DNA from: Macrostomum hystrix
Lineage: Eukaryota; Animalia; Platyhelminthes
NCBI GenBank assembly: GCA_950097015.1
Contig: CATNEN010000005.1
Coordinates: 5,270,001-5,334,000, forward strand
DNA length: 64,000 nt
Direction of reading: 5' to 3'
A program made the position numbers and the translations under genes. The notes under the pieces are model-generated. The model worked only from the letters and a program-made list of their open reading frames with translations. It did not search any database and had not been told where the DNA came from. Below, piece by piece: positions 36,809-60,242 of the stretch (position 1 is the stretch's first letter; every line of letters starts with the position of its first letter).

Positions 36809-39800
36809 TTAGTTTCCGGTGCACTTGGCAGGCACGCGGACACTGATGCCCTCGATATTGCAGCGAGTCACATACTGGCGAGCGACGTCGCATGCATCAC
36901 GATCCTGGCGCTCCTGCCGACGGCACAGGCTTTTGTAGGGCTGAGCATCGATTGTTTCAAAGCAGTCAGATAGGGGAGAAGCATTGCGGCTGAACCAGTT
37001 GTTGCAGTCTCTGCTGTCGGTGTCAGTCTCCTCGTCAGTGATCCTGGTCTCGGACTCGATGGCAGCATCAGCTTCGCACTGGCCGGCTGTCCAGAAGTTA
37101 ATGTGTGTGCTGGCGCGGCCCTCCCTGATGTCGTTTGCGCGGCGACCATCGTTGCTGCCGGCCAGTCCGAGGACGCGGCCATTGTAGAGCGGATGAACAC
37201 TGACCAAGCAGGAATCGGCGCTGCGGCTGCAGCGCACCACCAAGGTGTTGGGCACCTTGCCGTGGAATTGTACAGTGGTCATGTCTCCTTCGCGCTTGGC
37301 ATCAACGGATTTATCATCTGACTGCTTCACAAGAGGCAGGCTCTCAGCTTTACCGTTCACTTTGACAGTGCCGTTGCGCTCAACGCTGATCTTAATTTTT
37401 CCGAAGCGGATCTTGAGGCTACCACGGACCAGGCGTTCTGGATCGGTCAAGTGTTTGTTGTACTCCTGCACAATGGAGAAAATGCCAGATTCGAAGTCGC
37501 GGGCAACCAAATAGGAGCACGGCCGCTTGTGACTCAATGTAACACCGTCGAATGTGATCAGACTGTTGTCTCCAGAGAGGATGGCTGTGCGGTGGTGGAT
37601 GGCAAGAAGGCTAGAAGCTGGATTCCAGACTCCCAGAGTCATTTTGACAACCGCTGAGAGAAGGCTCCGCTGAAGAGAACGCTGAGAGTTGGCAATGCGC
37701 TTCAAAACAATCTTGATAGCCCTGCCGGAAGGCCACCTAGTCATGTATTTGTATGCCATTTGGCCTTCGATCGCGCCTTCGATCGCGGCAAACGGCGCCT
37801 CTCCTCGCTGGCAGGCATCGTCGCAGACTGGGCGCCAGACAGTGTACCTGATCTGGCTGCCAAGGCGTGAAATGCCTTCTCGGATCTCGCCGTTTAGGAT
37901 TAACTGGGCGGTTTCAAGCAGGTAGCGCCAGGTGCTCAAGCTCTCCTCGGAGAATATGTAGCTAAGAAACTGGTTGGTCTGGGTGAAGGCATCACGCTCC
38001 GCAGGCGTAGCTCCAGTGTCGTACCAGACTCGCAGCTCCAGCATCAGGTTGTTGTAGAGGCTCCTGAACACCTGGATGTCGACGATGTGATTCATAACCA
38101 GGGGCAGGATATCATCAACAGCGAGCGGCTTTGCTCCAGCAACCATGGCGATTAGCATGGTGCGTGCCTTGGCCCACATCTTGGACGCGATATTCTTGGC
38201 AGCGTCTGAAACTGGTGCCAGACGGTCGAGGCACTCCTGAGCTTTTTCCAACCATCTCTGGACGATTCTCATGTAGGTGTCGATGGCCTCCATCGCATTA
38301 GCATTCCAGTAGTTGGCAAGGCTCTTCAACTGGTCGACATACTCTACGAGGCTGTCGATGACATCCTGAACAGGAATCTTGTTGTACAGACTGACGACAG
38401 CTTCCATAAACAGTTGACGCCACTCAGAAATTTTTTGCCAAATAGGGAGCAGGTCTAGACCTTCTTTCAGTTCAGCTAAGGCCTGTGCCACCGTGGCCAT
38501 GTATGCCCGAGCGTAGCGAGCTGCGTCTTCGCAGGCGCCGAGGATGCTGCCAAGGTAGAACTCGTCGCTGGCAAGAATGCGCAACACGTAGAGGTTCAAC
38601 TGGTCGAAATCGTTGGACGCCAGGTTGCGGAGCTCCTCGGCGATCCATGCGGAGTCCAAGTTGGCTGAGGCGCTACCAAAGAAGGGCGCCAGGCTCTCTT
38701 TAGCCTCTCTGATAGTCGGCAGGGCGGCGCTCCAGTTGTTGTACAGACTTCGCTTTATACTGCTGATGGCGGAATCCTTCAGAATAGAGGTGTTCGTTGA
38801 GGGATATTCATTAGATTGTAATGAGCTTAAAAATTACAAAATAAAATAATTTCTGCACGAATTTCTTTCACACTTACAGTTCTTTCTTGGCTGGGAGATC
38901 GCCAGTTAACTCTGAAGCTCCTATCAACCTGGCGGTACACTAGACCAAAGAAGACCAAGTGGCTGGGTACGCTGGTTGCATCGAGTAGATCGGGCTTCTG
39001 GCCAACCGTCATCTCTCCTAGAAAGATAGTGGCAGACAAATCCTGGTTTTGGGCGCTGATCTTTGCGCGCATCAGAACTTTGTCTGGTCTGTAGTTCGGA
39101 AGGCTCAGGTCGGTGTTGTGGTTGAAGCTTCCGCGTCCAGTGTCCAGCTTCATTGTGATCTTCTTTGTTGGAGCGCTTAAGGTCAGCTTGAGTCGGGCGG
39201 AATTTTTGTCGTTGGAAGAAACGAATGCGACTAGCTGGATTAGGTTCTTCTTATCAGTCTTGCACATCAGACTCAGAGAAGCTCCATGATCGCACTACAC
39301 AGATTGGAGGTGTGGCAATGACTATGAGTATCTCGCTATGGTTTTCATGAGCTAAAGTGGGTCGTATAATTACATGGACATAGTTCTTACCGATACTGTG
39401 ATCTCACGCATTGGGCGATAAACGAACTTGATGTTCTTCTCCAGAGAGCCGATTTTCCAGTTTATGTCACCGTCGATCTTGTACCAGTCGTAGTTGTCAG
39501 CCTCTTTGCGACCGCGAGCCGAGAAGCTCACTTTGTTATCATCGGCGCCGCTGACTTCAAACGACCACCGATCAACCTGATCCCGTTCCTCGTATCCATA
39601 TTCCGCCTTGACCTTTAGCACTTCGCTTTCCCCATTCTTGTGCTTCAGTTGAGCAGTATAGCCAGTCTCCTTGTACTCAACGCGAGCCTGCAGTTTCACA
39701 GGGTTGCGCAGGAAAGGTGCCTTCAACTCAAGCTCAGCCTCGATATCGGACCTTGTGTCTAGGCGAGTGTTCAGCTCGATAACCTTCTCGCTTGACTGAT

Positions 39801-42800
39801 CAGCGTCCCAGGCAATTGTGGTCTTCACGTTGGACTTCTTATCGGAAACCTCTGGCTGACAGATGGTGCGGATCTTCCTGGTGGGCAGGGCGACCTCCAA
39901 AGTGTACTTTGGCCTTTCGGACTCCAGAGATTCGGCCTTGTAGATGATGGTGGCTCCGTGGGACTGTCGCTTGTCTAGGTAGAACTCCAGAGTTACGAGA
40001 CTCTTACCAGCAGTCTCCTTGAACTCCTTGCCGATGAAAAACTGTCGATGGGGGCATTCAGTATCCAGCTTGAAGTCTGGAAGCAGAGCGTTCTGCTTTG
40101 CTGGGCTGTAAGTCAGCTTCATCGAATACTTCTGTCGGCTGTCGCCAAACTTGTCCAGAGAGAAGCTTAGCTTCAGCGGCTCGTCATCTCTAGCCAGCTC
40201 AAACTTCAGCTTGCTCTCCATCTTTCCTGTGACAGTTACGTCGATCATCTTCAGTGGTGTACCTTTCTCACCATCAATGCGCGCTTCCGCTTTAAATAGA
40301 TCTTCGCCATTAGTCTTGATGCTGTCCTTAAAGACGATGGTGTAGGCATCATCGCTGCCCACCATGCTGCTCTCCAGACGAGCCTCGATAGATCTGATCT
40401 GCCACAGCAGGTCAAACTTAGACGCCAGGCTAGTCTCAATATCGATATCAAAAGTCGGCTTCAGACTGTATTTGCGAGCGGTCAGCTGCCACGAAATTTG
40501 GTCAGTGTCATCTCCTAGACCGTACTTAATCTTCCATTGGTGACCCTCTGTCAGCTGCTGCATGGAGATCTTCACACGGACTGGCTGAACGATTGCTACG
40601 ATTGGCATTGACAGCTGAAGCAAAATCTCTTTCTTGTCTGAGTCCTCGCTACCGGACAGGATTCTGGGAATCTGAACCTCGAGATCCATGACATCCTCAA
40701 ACTTCAGCTGGAACTTTGGCTCCTTGAACGAGATCTTGAATTTGTTTCCGATCTTGCACTCAGTCTCGATCCTGCGAAGGTCCATGTCAACATCGATCTT
40801 CATCTCCCAGATCATCTCGTCGCTGGCGCTGACAATTTTGCTCTGAGTCTCGAATGATTTCGGGAAATTGGTCAAGTCGTGCCTGTAATACATAGTCTTA
40901 ACACCTAGGCTTGGAGCTTCGAAAGCAATGTTTAATATGCGGAGCGCAGACCTAACGCTGATAGTTAGCTTCATGGGGTATCGTGTGGTTGGCACCTGAA
41001 TATTATAGCCCGGCCACAGAGTCAGCTCCGTGTTCTTCTCAGCATTGGTCTCGTGGTTGACAGTCAGGTCGGCCGACGCATCACTGAGCTCGTGGAGTTT
41101 AATCCTTAAGGAGTTCGGACCAGAGAGCTTACCATAGTTGATCACAGCCTGCTTCGACTGCACTTTGACCTCGGCGATGCTCGCTTCACCATCGACTTCG
41201 ATCTCGATCTTGGCGCGAAAATCTTGCATGCTTTCGTACTTGCCACTCCACTTCAGCCGCAGGGGTTTGCTGCTGTCGGTAGTCAGGGTCACCTGGATGT
41301 CACCAGTTGGGGTAGTGACAAGAGCAGACTCCCGACCGAAAGCGTTGACTTTGCCTGACTTGAGCCTTCCATCTTCTTGCTCCCAGTTAGCAGTGATGGG
41401 CTCGAGCATGTTGGCAAGCTTAAAAGATGACTGCCACTCACACTTGCTTGACTGGTCAAGCTTTTTGTAACCAGCGCGCAGTTCAGCTCGCGCCGTCTCA
41501 CCCAGGAAAAACCGCAGATCACTTTGCAGCAGGACATCGCCCTTGAAGCCACCGGGAGTTTCGTTTTGAGTGTAGGCCCAATCAATCAGCTTCTGAGTGT
41601 TTCCGTTCCATCGGAAGGCGGCAAGAATCTGCTTCTTGGTTGGCTTCTGCTCGATTCGGAATGTGACTTTTTGCAGCCGCGAGAATGTCATGTCCATGTC
41701 CAATCCAAGCTGGAACTGGGCGGACTGCATAGGGTAGGTCATGTTAGCTTGTACAACGATTATATCGCGGTTTTCATTTGAGCAGAAAGAACACTTGACG
41801 CGGAAGTTGGTCATCTTGGTGCCGTAGGGCAGATCGTGAAAATCAAAGCTTGCGGCGACCTCCTTGTCGTTATACTCGATGCCTGCGAACGCGTTCTTGT
41901 TGTCCACTTCAGCTCGAGCGCCATATTTAACTTCCCAGCCGCTGTAGTCTTTGGCCTTTACTTTGACTTCCGCCTTGAATGGCCAGTAGTTGAGAGTGCT
42001 AGTAAAAAAGAGCATGTGCTCCTTGCTGGCAGTACGATCCGGACAACTGGCCGAGTAAACAATCTGGAACTCCATTCCTGGCTTTTTTATCACCATAAGC
42101 TCGTGCTCGAACTTCTTGTTGCTGGTTAGACGTTCAAGGCCTTCGAATTCAGCGATTCCAGTCAAACCGAACATGAAGCTGTAAGAAGGCGAGTTTCGGT
42201 CGATTGTCACCGTACCGGTGTTCTTGATCTGCATACGCTTTGATAGACTGACAAGCTTGATGATGACATTGTATTCGACTGTCCCGGCAACGTTGCTATT
42301 CATTCCGATCTTAAATCCGGCTTCTTGTAGAAGCGGGTGTCCTGTCTTCAGGTCGGCCATAATGACGCCATTCTCGACCTTCAGCTTGGCATCGAAAAGC
42401 TTTGTGCCGTCAATCTCAATCATAGACTCGACTTGAAGGCCACTTACCATGTTGAAGTCGGTTTTCATCGACTTAAATGGCAGAATTCCAAAGTCACCGT
42501 CCATCTTCAGCTCCGCAGCCTTCTGCTTTGCGGACGACTTCAGCTGAAGGCGCAGCATGGTTTCAGGAATGTTCAGAGTGACGATCCAATAGTCGGCATC
42601 CGTGCTCGCAATCGTGATGTTCAGATTGGAGTCCAATCGCATCCGGTTGATCTGGCCTTCCAGCTTAAGCAGTGCTTCTCTCTTTTGGGTCCGCTCTGTT
42701 GTGTACTCTACACCAGAAGCAACATTCATATTGACGTTGTGCCATCCCCATGAGTCCATCGATTCGATTTTCAGACTGCCCGTATTCTGCTGCATCCAGT

Positions 42801-45800
42801 TCTCCATATTCATCGTAGCTTCAGTCTTAACATTCTGATAATTGTAGTTTACTTCAATCTTGATTTTAGTTTGTCTTGCGTCACTCTTCCTTGAGACGGT
42901 CATGCCATACTTCATCGGGCTCACGGATTCTTGGCTGATTTGTACCTGATGCTTCCAGATTACACCTGCATCAGTTCTCAGCTTGATAACGTTCTCAACG
43001 AGAGCCTGTTGACTGGCAGTCGGACCCGTTAGTTGGGACTTGTGCTCGAACTTCATATCCCATAGAAGGTTAGCCAGCAGTTGCAGGCTTTTACCAATCT
43101 TGAATTTGCCTGTCACCAGGCGCTCTTGATAGGTCATGAACTCAGCCATGTTCAAGAGCGACTGCTGGTCGATTTTAGCGCTGTTATCCATGCTATAAGT
43201 CTCCGATTGGGTCTCCACAGTCATCGAGTGCTTCAGCTCGTGGTCTTGTTCCTGGCCCACCTGTTTCAAGCGCAGACTGTGTCTGCAGCCCAGCACCTTT
43301 ACTGTGTTTTTCTCGACAATGACGTCCGCATTCAAAACTCCCTCTTCTGGTCTGGCTAGGCCGCTCTTGATCTGCAGCTTGTTTTCTTGAGAGTCCTGAA
43401 GGAAGAGCTCATGCCTGATGGCATCGATGCCTTCATGTTTCTTCAGCTTGCTATCCAGATGGAAGTAGATGTAGTCGTTGTACTCGAGCTTAGCGACCTG
43501 TTCACTCTGCCACTTTTCGCCGTTCAGAGCGTGCTTCAGGTTAACTGAATAGCTCTTGCTTCCAAGTTGAGCCTTGATTTTTAGTTGGACTGCCTGCTTA
43601 GCTAGGGTCCACTTGCTCCAGGGCAGGTGTCGCAGCTCAGCTTGATAGTTGGCGCTCTGATCCTGTGGAAAGAAATCGCTCAAATCTTAAGTTTTTTAAC
43701 TGAAAGTCTTCCTCTATGACTATAAACACATGCATAAATACATCGGATATAGAAGCAATAAATTCCTCTCTACTCACATCAAACTTGATTCCGTAACTAA
43801 CAGAGTACTTGTACTGCTTGCCGAAGCCGTCAGTAGCGTTCGTGAATTGTCCAATCTCGATCTTAACCTTCTCCACCTTGGCGGTAACCGATCTGCCCTC
43901 CCTAACGTAGACTAGATTGCCGTCGCCAGAAATTTCAGTCTTCTGGCTGCTCTCGACCGCCTTCATGCCAAAGCGCACATCAAAGTCCACGGGAGACTTA
44001 GTCATCTCGCTGCCGTACTGAAGCTTGTGGCTGATGGTGGCGCTGTACTGTGTGCCATCAGCTTCAAGCCTGCGAATCAGCTTCGAGTGCAGGCTATGCA
44101 TCAGATTCTTGCCGAGGGGATTCTCTAGAGCGAAATCGTAGAGGAAGATAGTAGAAGTGTCGGCTCTAGCCTCGGCTGAGTCTCTGTATTGAACCCTGTA
44201 GCGCATGGATGTTTTATCGCCCTTTTGAGTCTTGTACTGAGAGCTCATCTGCCAGAAGAAGTTTGACTCCACCAGCTTAAGGTCGTACTCAAGGCTCAGT
44301 TCGTTTTCAGTGTGCATCTTGACTCCCAGCTTGGTTGTAGCGATCGGCAGCAGCACAGGAGTGAAGCCAGTCAGCTTGTGCTCAAGGGAAACCTTCACTT
44401 TCTGCTCCGTTCTGTCCTTGGGGTAGAACTCTCCCTCGATTCTGTAAAAAAAGTAGTTTGCTTCTGATTAACCAGAACCTTAAATATAATAAACAATGTT
44501 AACAAATAATAAAGTAAAACTTACACAAGTCCTTTCTCTGAATCTGGCCGAACGGAACCTGTTGCGACGTACTTCACGGAGCCAATCTGGGCCTCAGTAT
44601 TCACCTCCTTGCCGGCACCTGACTGGGTGAAGTTCGAATCGATGATGATTGGGAAGATTGGATTCTGCAGCTCGAACTTGTAGTTGGTCTTGTCGCTGAG
44701 CTTGATCGACTGGATGTTTAACTTCAGTAGGCGCTCCTTCGATTTCCGATCACCAATCAGAAGCTGCAGCTGCTTCTCGTCGCGCTCGTTCTTCCACTTA
44801 AAGCCAGCCTCGAAGGCACCAAAATCGTCGCCCTTCTCTAGATAAAGCTCGTAGCTGCTGGGGCACTGGAAGATTTTGCACGGGCTTGTCTGGCAGTTGG
44901 GAAGGCTCTCGGTCTTGTAGCAGATCTTGTGTCCGCCAAGCTTCTTGGCGAGGCCTTCGATGCACTTCTCGCTCTGCACGCTGGCCTGCTGCGGAGTCAA
45001 AGGCTTTTCTGTGTGCACTTTGCCGGCGTTGTGCTGGAAGAATTTCACCTCAGTCTTGACGTCAGCAAGACTCTGTTTCTTCTTTAGGGGCTCAATCTTG
45101 ACCAGCAGCTGACGATCGGATGTTTCGGCCAAGCTGTTTTTCAAGCTGAGGCGCAGGCCGGTGCTAGTGACGAAGCTGGTGCTGGACTGGATGCCAGCGC
45201 GCTCAAAGACGGCGTCGACAGCGACGGTGCGCAGCATTTGAACTGCGGCAGTTGGCTGCAGTTCCAGTTCAGCCTGGAAACCCGCCCTCTCGCTTATGCT
45301 CATTTCGGTGCGAACATTCGTGATGTAGTGCGCCTCCTGCTTCACCAGGATGGGCAAGCCAGCGGTGGTTGGGATGGACAGGGTGGTCTCTAGCAGAGTG
45401 CCAGCCGAAGCGCCAGCCTTGTTGGCCGCGGGGATGGAGCTGCTCACCTGTCTGCTGGCGATCAGCGAAGGCAGGGACGCCAGAATGCCACCACTGAGAT
45501 CGGTGTGCGAAAACTCCACTCCGTATTTTCGAAAAAATAGATCGATGCGCGGCTCATTTGGTGTCCGGTCAAGGATACGCTGCTCCTCAGAGAGTTCAGA
45601 AGTCGAAGAAGGCTCAACTGACGACTCGCGAGTCGAGCCAAACTTCTTTGTGATGAGACTGTACGTCTGCTCAATTAGCTTCTCGAGACCCTGCATGCGA
45701 ACTCCAACTTCCATCAGGTTGATTGACTGTCCCTGGCCAGGCAGGTTTACTGTCAGATTCAGGCCGATGTATCGCGGAATGGCAGACTGAGCGGAGAATA

Positions 45801-48217
45801 CGATTGGTACCTCGGCCTGAGCTCCGGCCTCGAGTGCTGGGCTGTAATACTGACCTCTCAGGACGTTGGAATACTGACTACGGCTGAGCTTCTTCAGTTC
45901 GCCTGCGATTTTTGCGCTCCGTAGAACTGGCGACATTTGTCGGGCATCCTGGCCCTGCAGATTCTGCAGGTGACTGTAGACAAACATCTGCACCTGCCGA
46001 TCAGCATCTTTGTCGTTCAGCAGGCGAATGACAGCATCGCGCAGAAGTGGCCAGTTGCTGAAGCCGTGTCGTGCCAGACTCTGATAGGCCGCAATTCTCA
46101 GCTCAGCGTCCTGACCATCGTCCAGCATTAGCTCGATCAACTGACCCTGGGCGCCCGTCGAAAAGTTGGCAAATCGGCGCAGCGAATGCAGGGCGAACGC
46201 GCGGTAGACAGTGGGAAGGCGCTGATTTTTGGCGCACTGGATGAGCGGGCTGGCGCCACCGTTCATGCGGCCCATGTTGCCAATAGCCAGCAGGGCAACG
46301 AAGGCGTTGTCTGACTCAGCGCCGCTGAGTTTATCGCACGCTGGGCCCATCGACTCAGCGAAGTAGTCGATGACAGCTTTAACTCGAGAGTCGGACTCGC
46401 AGTTTGGCAGTTCCTGACAGATTTTGTGCACAACGGCGGACAGAGCTAGTGGCTCGTCGCGGTTGACGCCAGTGATAATGGCTTGGTCCTGGTTGCGGAG
46501 GTCCCTGACGTACTTCTACAAATAGTTTGGATTTAATAAAAATGCTAGAATTTTTTGTGTAAGCGCAGTCGAAAGCTAAATTTGGAATCAAGTGAAAAAA
46601 TGATTACCAGCAGCTCGGGAAGGATTTCCGGTGTGGGATGCTGCATTAGAGCGATTCCGTTGACTAGCCAGTCATTGCGGCCATCGGCGCCGTCCTCGGA
46701 TTTGCTCAGCTCGTCAATGATGAAGGCGACGCTCTGCTTGGTACCAACTGTCGGAATGGCGGAGCGCATGATGACCAGCATTAGGGGGTTCTCGCTGCAG
46801 TACCGGCCAGATCGCACCTGCTGGTAGAGCTCGGCTAGGTGCCGCTGCTCAGTGATGCCACGCATGTACTTGATCAAGTCAGAGTATTTTCTTGGCACAT
46901 CGCGGCTCATGGCCTGGTTTTTCGTGATCTGGCAGAGCTCCTCTAGCGTCTGGTTGGCCTTAGCCTTGTACTCGGTCGAGGTCTGGGCTCCGTGAGTCCT
47001 TTCAAGACACTCGTTTGCACTGTTGAAAAAGTCTTCATCTAGCCAAGCGCTGGCCTTCTGGCACTGTTCGGCTGTCTTGTGTCCATGACGCAGGTCTGTC
47101 CTCTTGCTGACTTCGTGCAGGGCGGTGACTAGGCCGCTCTCCTGCCTCTTCAGAGTCAAGCTAGTCACAGTGCGAATCTTCTCCTCGACGCTGTCAGCCT
47201 GGTGGCGCATGCTCTGGCGTTGCTCCTCGTGGCAGCTGGTGGACTTGACAATGTCTCGCTCAGGATCAACTTCAATGCGGCAAGTCACGCTGCCCTTGGT
47301 AATTGGGCGCTTAGACTGAATGACCTGTTCAGTTTCAAGCAGTTAGTCCAGTTAGTTTGTATTTCTCTTTTAAGTACGAGTATATCCGCTATATTTCAAA
47401 AACTTACCTCATCTTCGAAGGACTTCACGCCGAGCAGTGGGTAGGCCTGGTAGTTAAGTTTGCACTTAGACAGATCCTTGGTCTTGATGAGGGTGTTGGG
47501 TCCGTCGGGCGTGTACTCAGTCCAGCAGTCGCCAAGGATGTCGCGCTCCTCAAGCTCTTTCTCCTGGCCTCGCTGCTCGGTGGACACCTGTAGCTGTGAC
47601 AGCAGGCCACGCTTCAGGTTCAGACTGGCCCGAGTCTCCTCAGAGCCGGGGCACAGCTCCACGATGCGACCATTGTCGAACGCGAAGCGCAATGGGGCAC
47701 GCAGACCGGCGAGGACCTTGGCCGGCGGATCGCGCGGACTCAGCTCGCTGGCATCACCCACATCTCCAACCTGGGCGTTCTTGACCTCGACGGTGAGGGC
47801 CATCTCGCATTCGCTGTGGACCTCCACCTTGGCTTGGCCGTTGATTCGGAGGCGACTTGCCTGGCTGGGGTTGAGATCAGAGGACAGCTCGACCGACTGG
47901 TCGAAGTCGTAGGTGTACACGTTGCCAGCCTGATAGCCGGACCAGAAGGTGCGGGACAGGCACGAGACTGAGCAGCTACTGCTCAGGGGACGCGGGGGAC
48001 CTATAATTTGCGGCGTTTACTGATAGATCATGCATGATCTTCATGATAATGAACCGAATTTAATTGGGACAGAAATTCGACTGCTGTTAATATTCGATCA
48101 TTTATTTAGTCAATGCTGCTAAAAACGAACAGGGCAATACCGAAAAATCAATCCCCACTTACGCGCTTGCACAGCTGCAAACAGGCAGCAAGCTGCAATG
48201 AGCAGCTTCAGATTCAT
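36809..48217 (-). CDS. Large lipid transfer protein (apolipophorin/apoB/vitellogenin superfamily), ~3558 aa. Exons are 48217-48163, 48000-47408, ~47324-46608, 46515-44525, 44441-43778, 43662-39391, 39294-38878 and ~38776-36809.
   Basis: Signal peptide MNLKLLIAACCLFAAVQA. Vitellogenin_N-type start YQAGNVYTYDF, plus LNLKRGLLSQLQV, EERDILGDCWTEY and VALLAIGNMG. A DUF1943-like region (ELRIAAY, EVGVRMQGLE) follows. The C-terminus has a VWD domain (ITFDG..CSYLVARD, GLAGSNDG) and a C8-like Cys cluster. The exon lengths sum to 10677 nt (3559 codons). Two acceptors (exons 3 and 8) are ambiguous. Confidence 0.92.
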
Positions 48218-48364
48218 GCTGTCGGTGTGGCAGGGGCCGGCTGTAGCTCCTGTGTAGATGCTTTCGTCGCTCGAATTGGTAGCAGTCTTGTTTAGCTCTA
48301 ATTGAGCGCAGTTGTGTGCCAAATGATGGCGTTGTTGAAGGGAAAAGTGAAATTTTCTTACTAC

Positions 48365-48683
48365 TTATATAGCTGTCGGCTGGGGGATTGCGCAGGTCCA
48401 AAGTCAGAGCTCGCAGCATTCAAGTGACGACTGGCACCGCGTCAGCATAATTTCTCTATTGGTCCGCACACCTGAGATAAGCTGCTGCTTCGCGGCTGTC
48501 TAATAGATCGGACGCACACTCCCCCCTCACAGAGTGTGTATGCACGCTGAACTTTTAGAGTGCTCCGAAGACCATTCAAGTCCAACTTTTATCGCCAATA
48601 ACTTCAGACAACATGCTGAAGTCATACGTTTTCCTATCTTTTTGTTAAGTTACGCCACCCCTCGATAGTTTTAAGCTTGATAA
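48365..48683 (-). promoter_or_regulatory. Candidate promoter of the lipid transfer protein gene: TATA box, CCAAT and GATA sites
   Basis: TATATAA on the minus strand at 48371-48365, CCAAT on the minus strand at ~48462-48458, and GATA motifs at 48475-48480, ~48589-48593 and 48678-48683. Confidence 0.4.
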
Positions 48684-50175
48684 ACAGTTATTGCAGTGCG
48701 GCTGCACTGTTGTTGTGCCAGTGGAACACGCACCGAAGCTTGGTGGCGAAAGCGAAATAGACAGAAAAAGACTTTCTGTCAGCAGTTTTGCAATCAGCAG
48801 AGACAGTCCCACAGGTTGTCCCAACTTGCCTTCTAATCTGTTACGTTGTTCCTAAATTTGTCTACTTTTTTTCAGAGCTGCTTTGATGTGTGACGGAATT
48901 TTGCTGGCAGCAGCGCAAATTGCAGCCTGTACAGCCACCTCTAAGCTGACGCCATGAAAGCTCAGTTTTCGCTTTTCGTATATCTTGGAAATTTAATCTA
49001 ATTTTCTTAGAGCAACTGCAACTGCGCCGTAACCAGTTTATTGTTGTTGTCCTTCCTACAGTTTATATTGATTTCTGATGCCTATTAGAAGTTTGCGTAC
49101 ACTTTCAAACTACGCAAGCGAACTTTGACCTCCATTTTACGCAACGCAGCCAGGAACACAAATCCGATCCGAAATCCGAACACAAATTTTTTTTATTGCT
49201 TCGAACGCTAAGGGCATTGTTTGCAGCATCTGCTTCAAGAGAAGAAGGAGGATTAACAGTTTTTTTCTTGCATTTAAATTGTGAAGATAGTACACACAGA
49301 TATACATATCGATAGGTTTACGGTGCTAAAAGGAAGGCGTTGGAATTGCATAACAAAACGCCGAGAAAGAGTTCTGTTTTCGTCTTTTTTCAACATAAAA
49401 TTTTACTCGTCCCGAAGAAAACATAAACCTATAAGCAAAACAGTTTTTTCTTTACAGATCAATGCAGAAAACGCTTGCTTGTAGCAAACATGGATAGCTG
49501 AATCACTTGCCAGCGTGAATGCATGGCCCATTCACTGTACAGTGTACAGAGAACTTTATAGAAATACAATGCAATTTTATTGTGCCACCGCAAACCGCAA
49601 AATTTTAACAGGCACTGTGTCGCAATATTAAAAAAGCACAGACAATAGTTGCAGCTCGATAGTAAACTTAATTTCAAACAGTTCTTTATAGCTCGAGAAA
49701 AAATATTTCGATTGGTCTAATCAGAGAGGCAGAATGGGACAGTTTTAAGACATTTTATTTATTAGTCGCGTCGTTTACAGACTAAAACACAGGACATGAC
49801 CTCTTAACGTACCAACCTATACGCTCGTATAACAAAAGTTTAATAAAGAACATAGTGTCCATATATTGTCAGGCACAATTAAATCATATGCTATCATGTC
49901 ATACTGCAAGTATAAACATATAACTTTTGGCGTAAAAAATCTACACATTAGCTCACATGTGCTCGACATGTGAGCACGTGAAACGATCTTCACTAGCAAT
50001 ACGTATTAGCCTTGCTCCAGATCAAACCTTTGTAAAAAAGCGAATGGGAATGCGATGTTAATATTCAATTTCAAATGTTTTAGCTTCTGCTTCCGATATT
50101 CCTTTGTAATTAAATAGTTGTTATTTGTTTTGATACAAATCAGTCAGTTTTATTTCATCCCGGCGTTCTCGACAT

Positions 50176-59304
<9,129 letters not shown>

Positions 59305-59867
59305 GTTTTCGCAGTCTAAAAAATAAAAACATGTTTACATTTATTGCAATGTTACGACTTTCCAAATAAAAATCTAAAAATTAAAGACTGTAAAATTTCA
59401 CATTAAAGCTGGGACTGAAGTTTTTGTTTTAGAAAAAAACTTTCACTAAAATCGCTCGGAGCATGACGAGTTAACGACCTGCTACCCATTCATCACCGAC
59501 CCGCTCCAAAAAAACCGATTGATTGACAGGTGAGAATTTAACCCACCCAGCTGGTGTGAAAGTGGGTGACGAATGCCCGTTAAGCACCGGTGTATGGTGC
59601 TGCTTTTTAGCTGAAATCATTGTGCCGAGAAGCTCAAAATGGCGCCCATTTTCACCTCTCCTAGCGTGACCCGAAACATTCCCTTTGTTTTGGTTAACTT
59701 TTTTCTTCAGTGTCACCATCGCGTTAGGGGCTGCTTTTTCGCTTATCACTCCACCTTCCCTACACATGAACTAGCAATATTGTGTCATTTTCTGCTTGAC
59801 CTCTACTTTCCCCCTCAATCTGCAACCTATTACCCCTTCATTTTAATGTATCCCTTTATCTAGAACT

Positions 59868-60242
59868 CTCCCTTCATCTCCTACTCTTTCTTCATCTCCT
59901 ACTCTGCCTTCATCTCCTACTCTCCATTCATCTCCTACTCTGCCTTCATCTCCTACTCTGCCTTCATCTCCTACTCTTTCTTCATCTCCTACTCTCCATT
60001 CATCTCCTACTCTGCCTTCATCTCCTACTCTGCCTTCATCTCCTACTCTCCATTCATCTCCTACTCTTTCTTCATCTCCTACTCTCCATTCATCTCCTAC
60101 TCTTTCTTCATCTCCTACTCTCCCTTCATCTCCTACTCTCCCTTCATCTCCTACTCTCCCTTCATCTCCTACTCTCCCTTCATCTCCTACTCTCCTTTCA
60201 TCTCCTACTCTCCCTTCATCTCCTACTCTCCCTTCATCTCCA
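59868..60242. repeat. 18-bp minisatellite TTCATCTCCTACTCT(C/G/T)CC upstream of ROR
   Basis: Visible array. The DEGRVG ORF segment is its translation. Confidence 0.93.

Noticed and set aside
36868-47912. Numerous short ORFs overlapping the lipid transfer gene in other frames or on the other strand
   Set aside because: They are shadow ORFs of GC-rich coding sequence.
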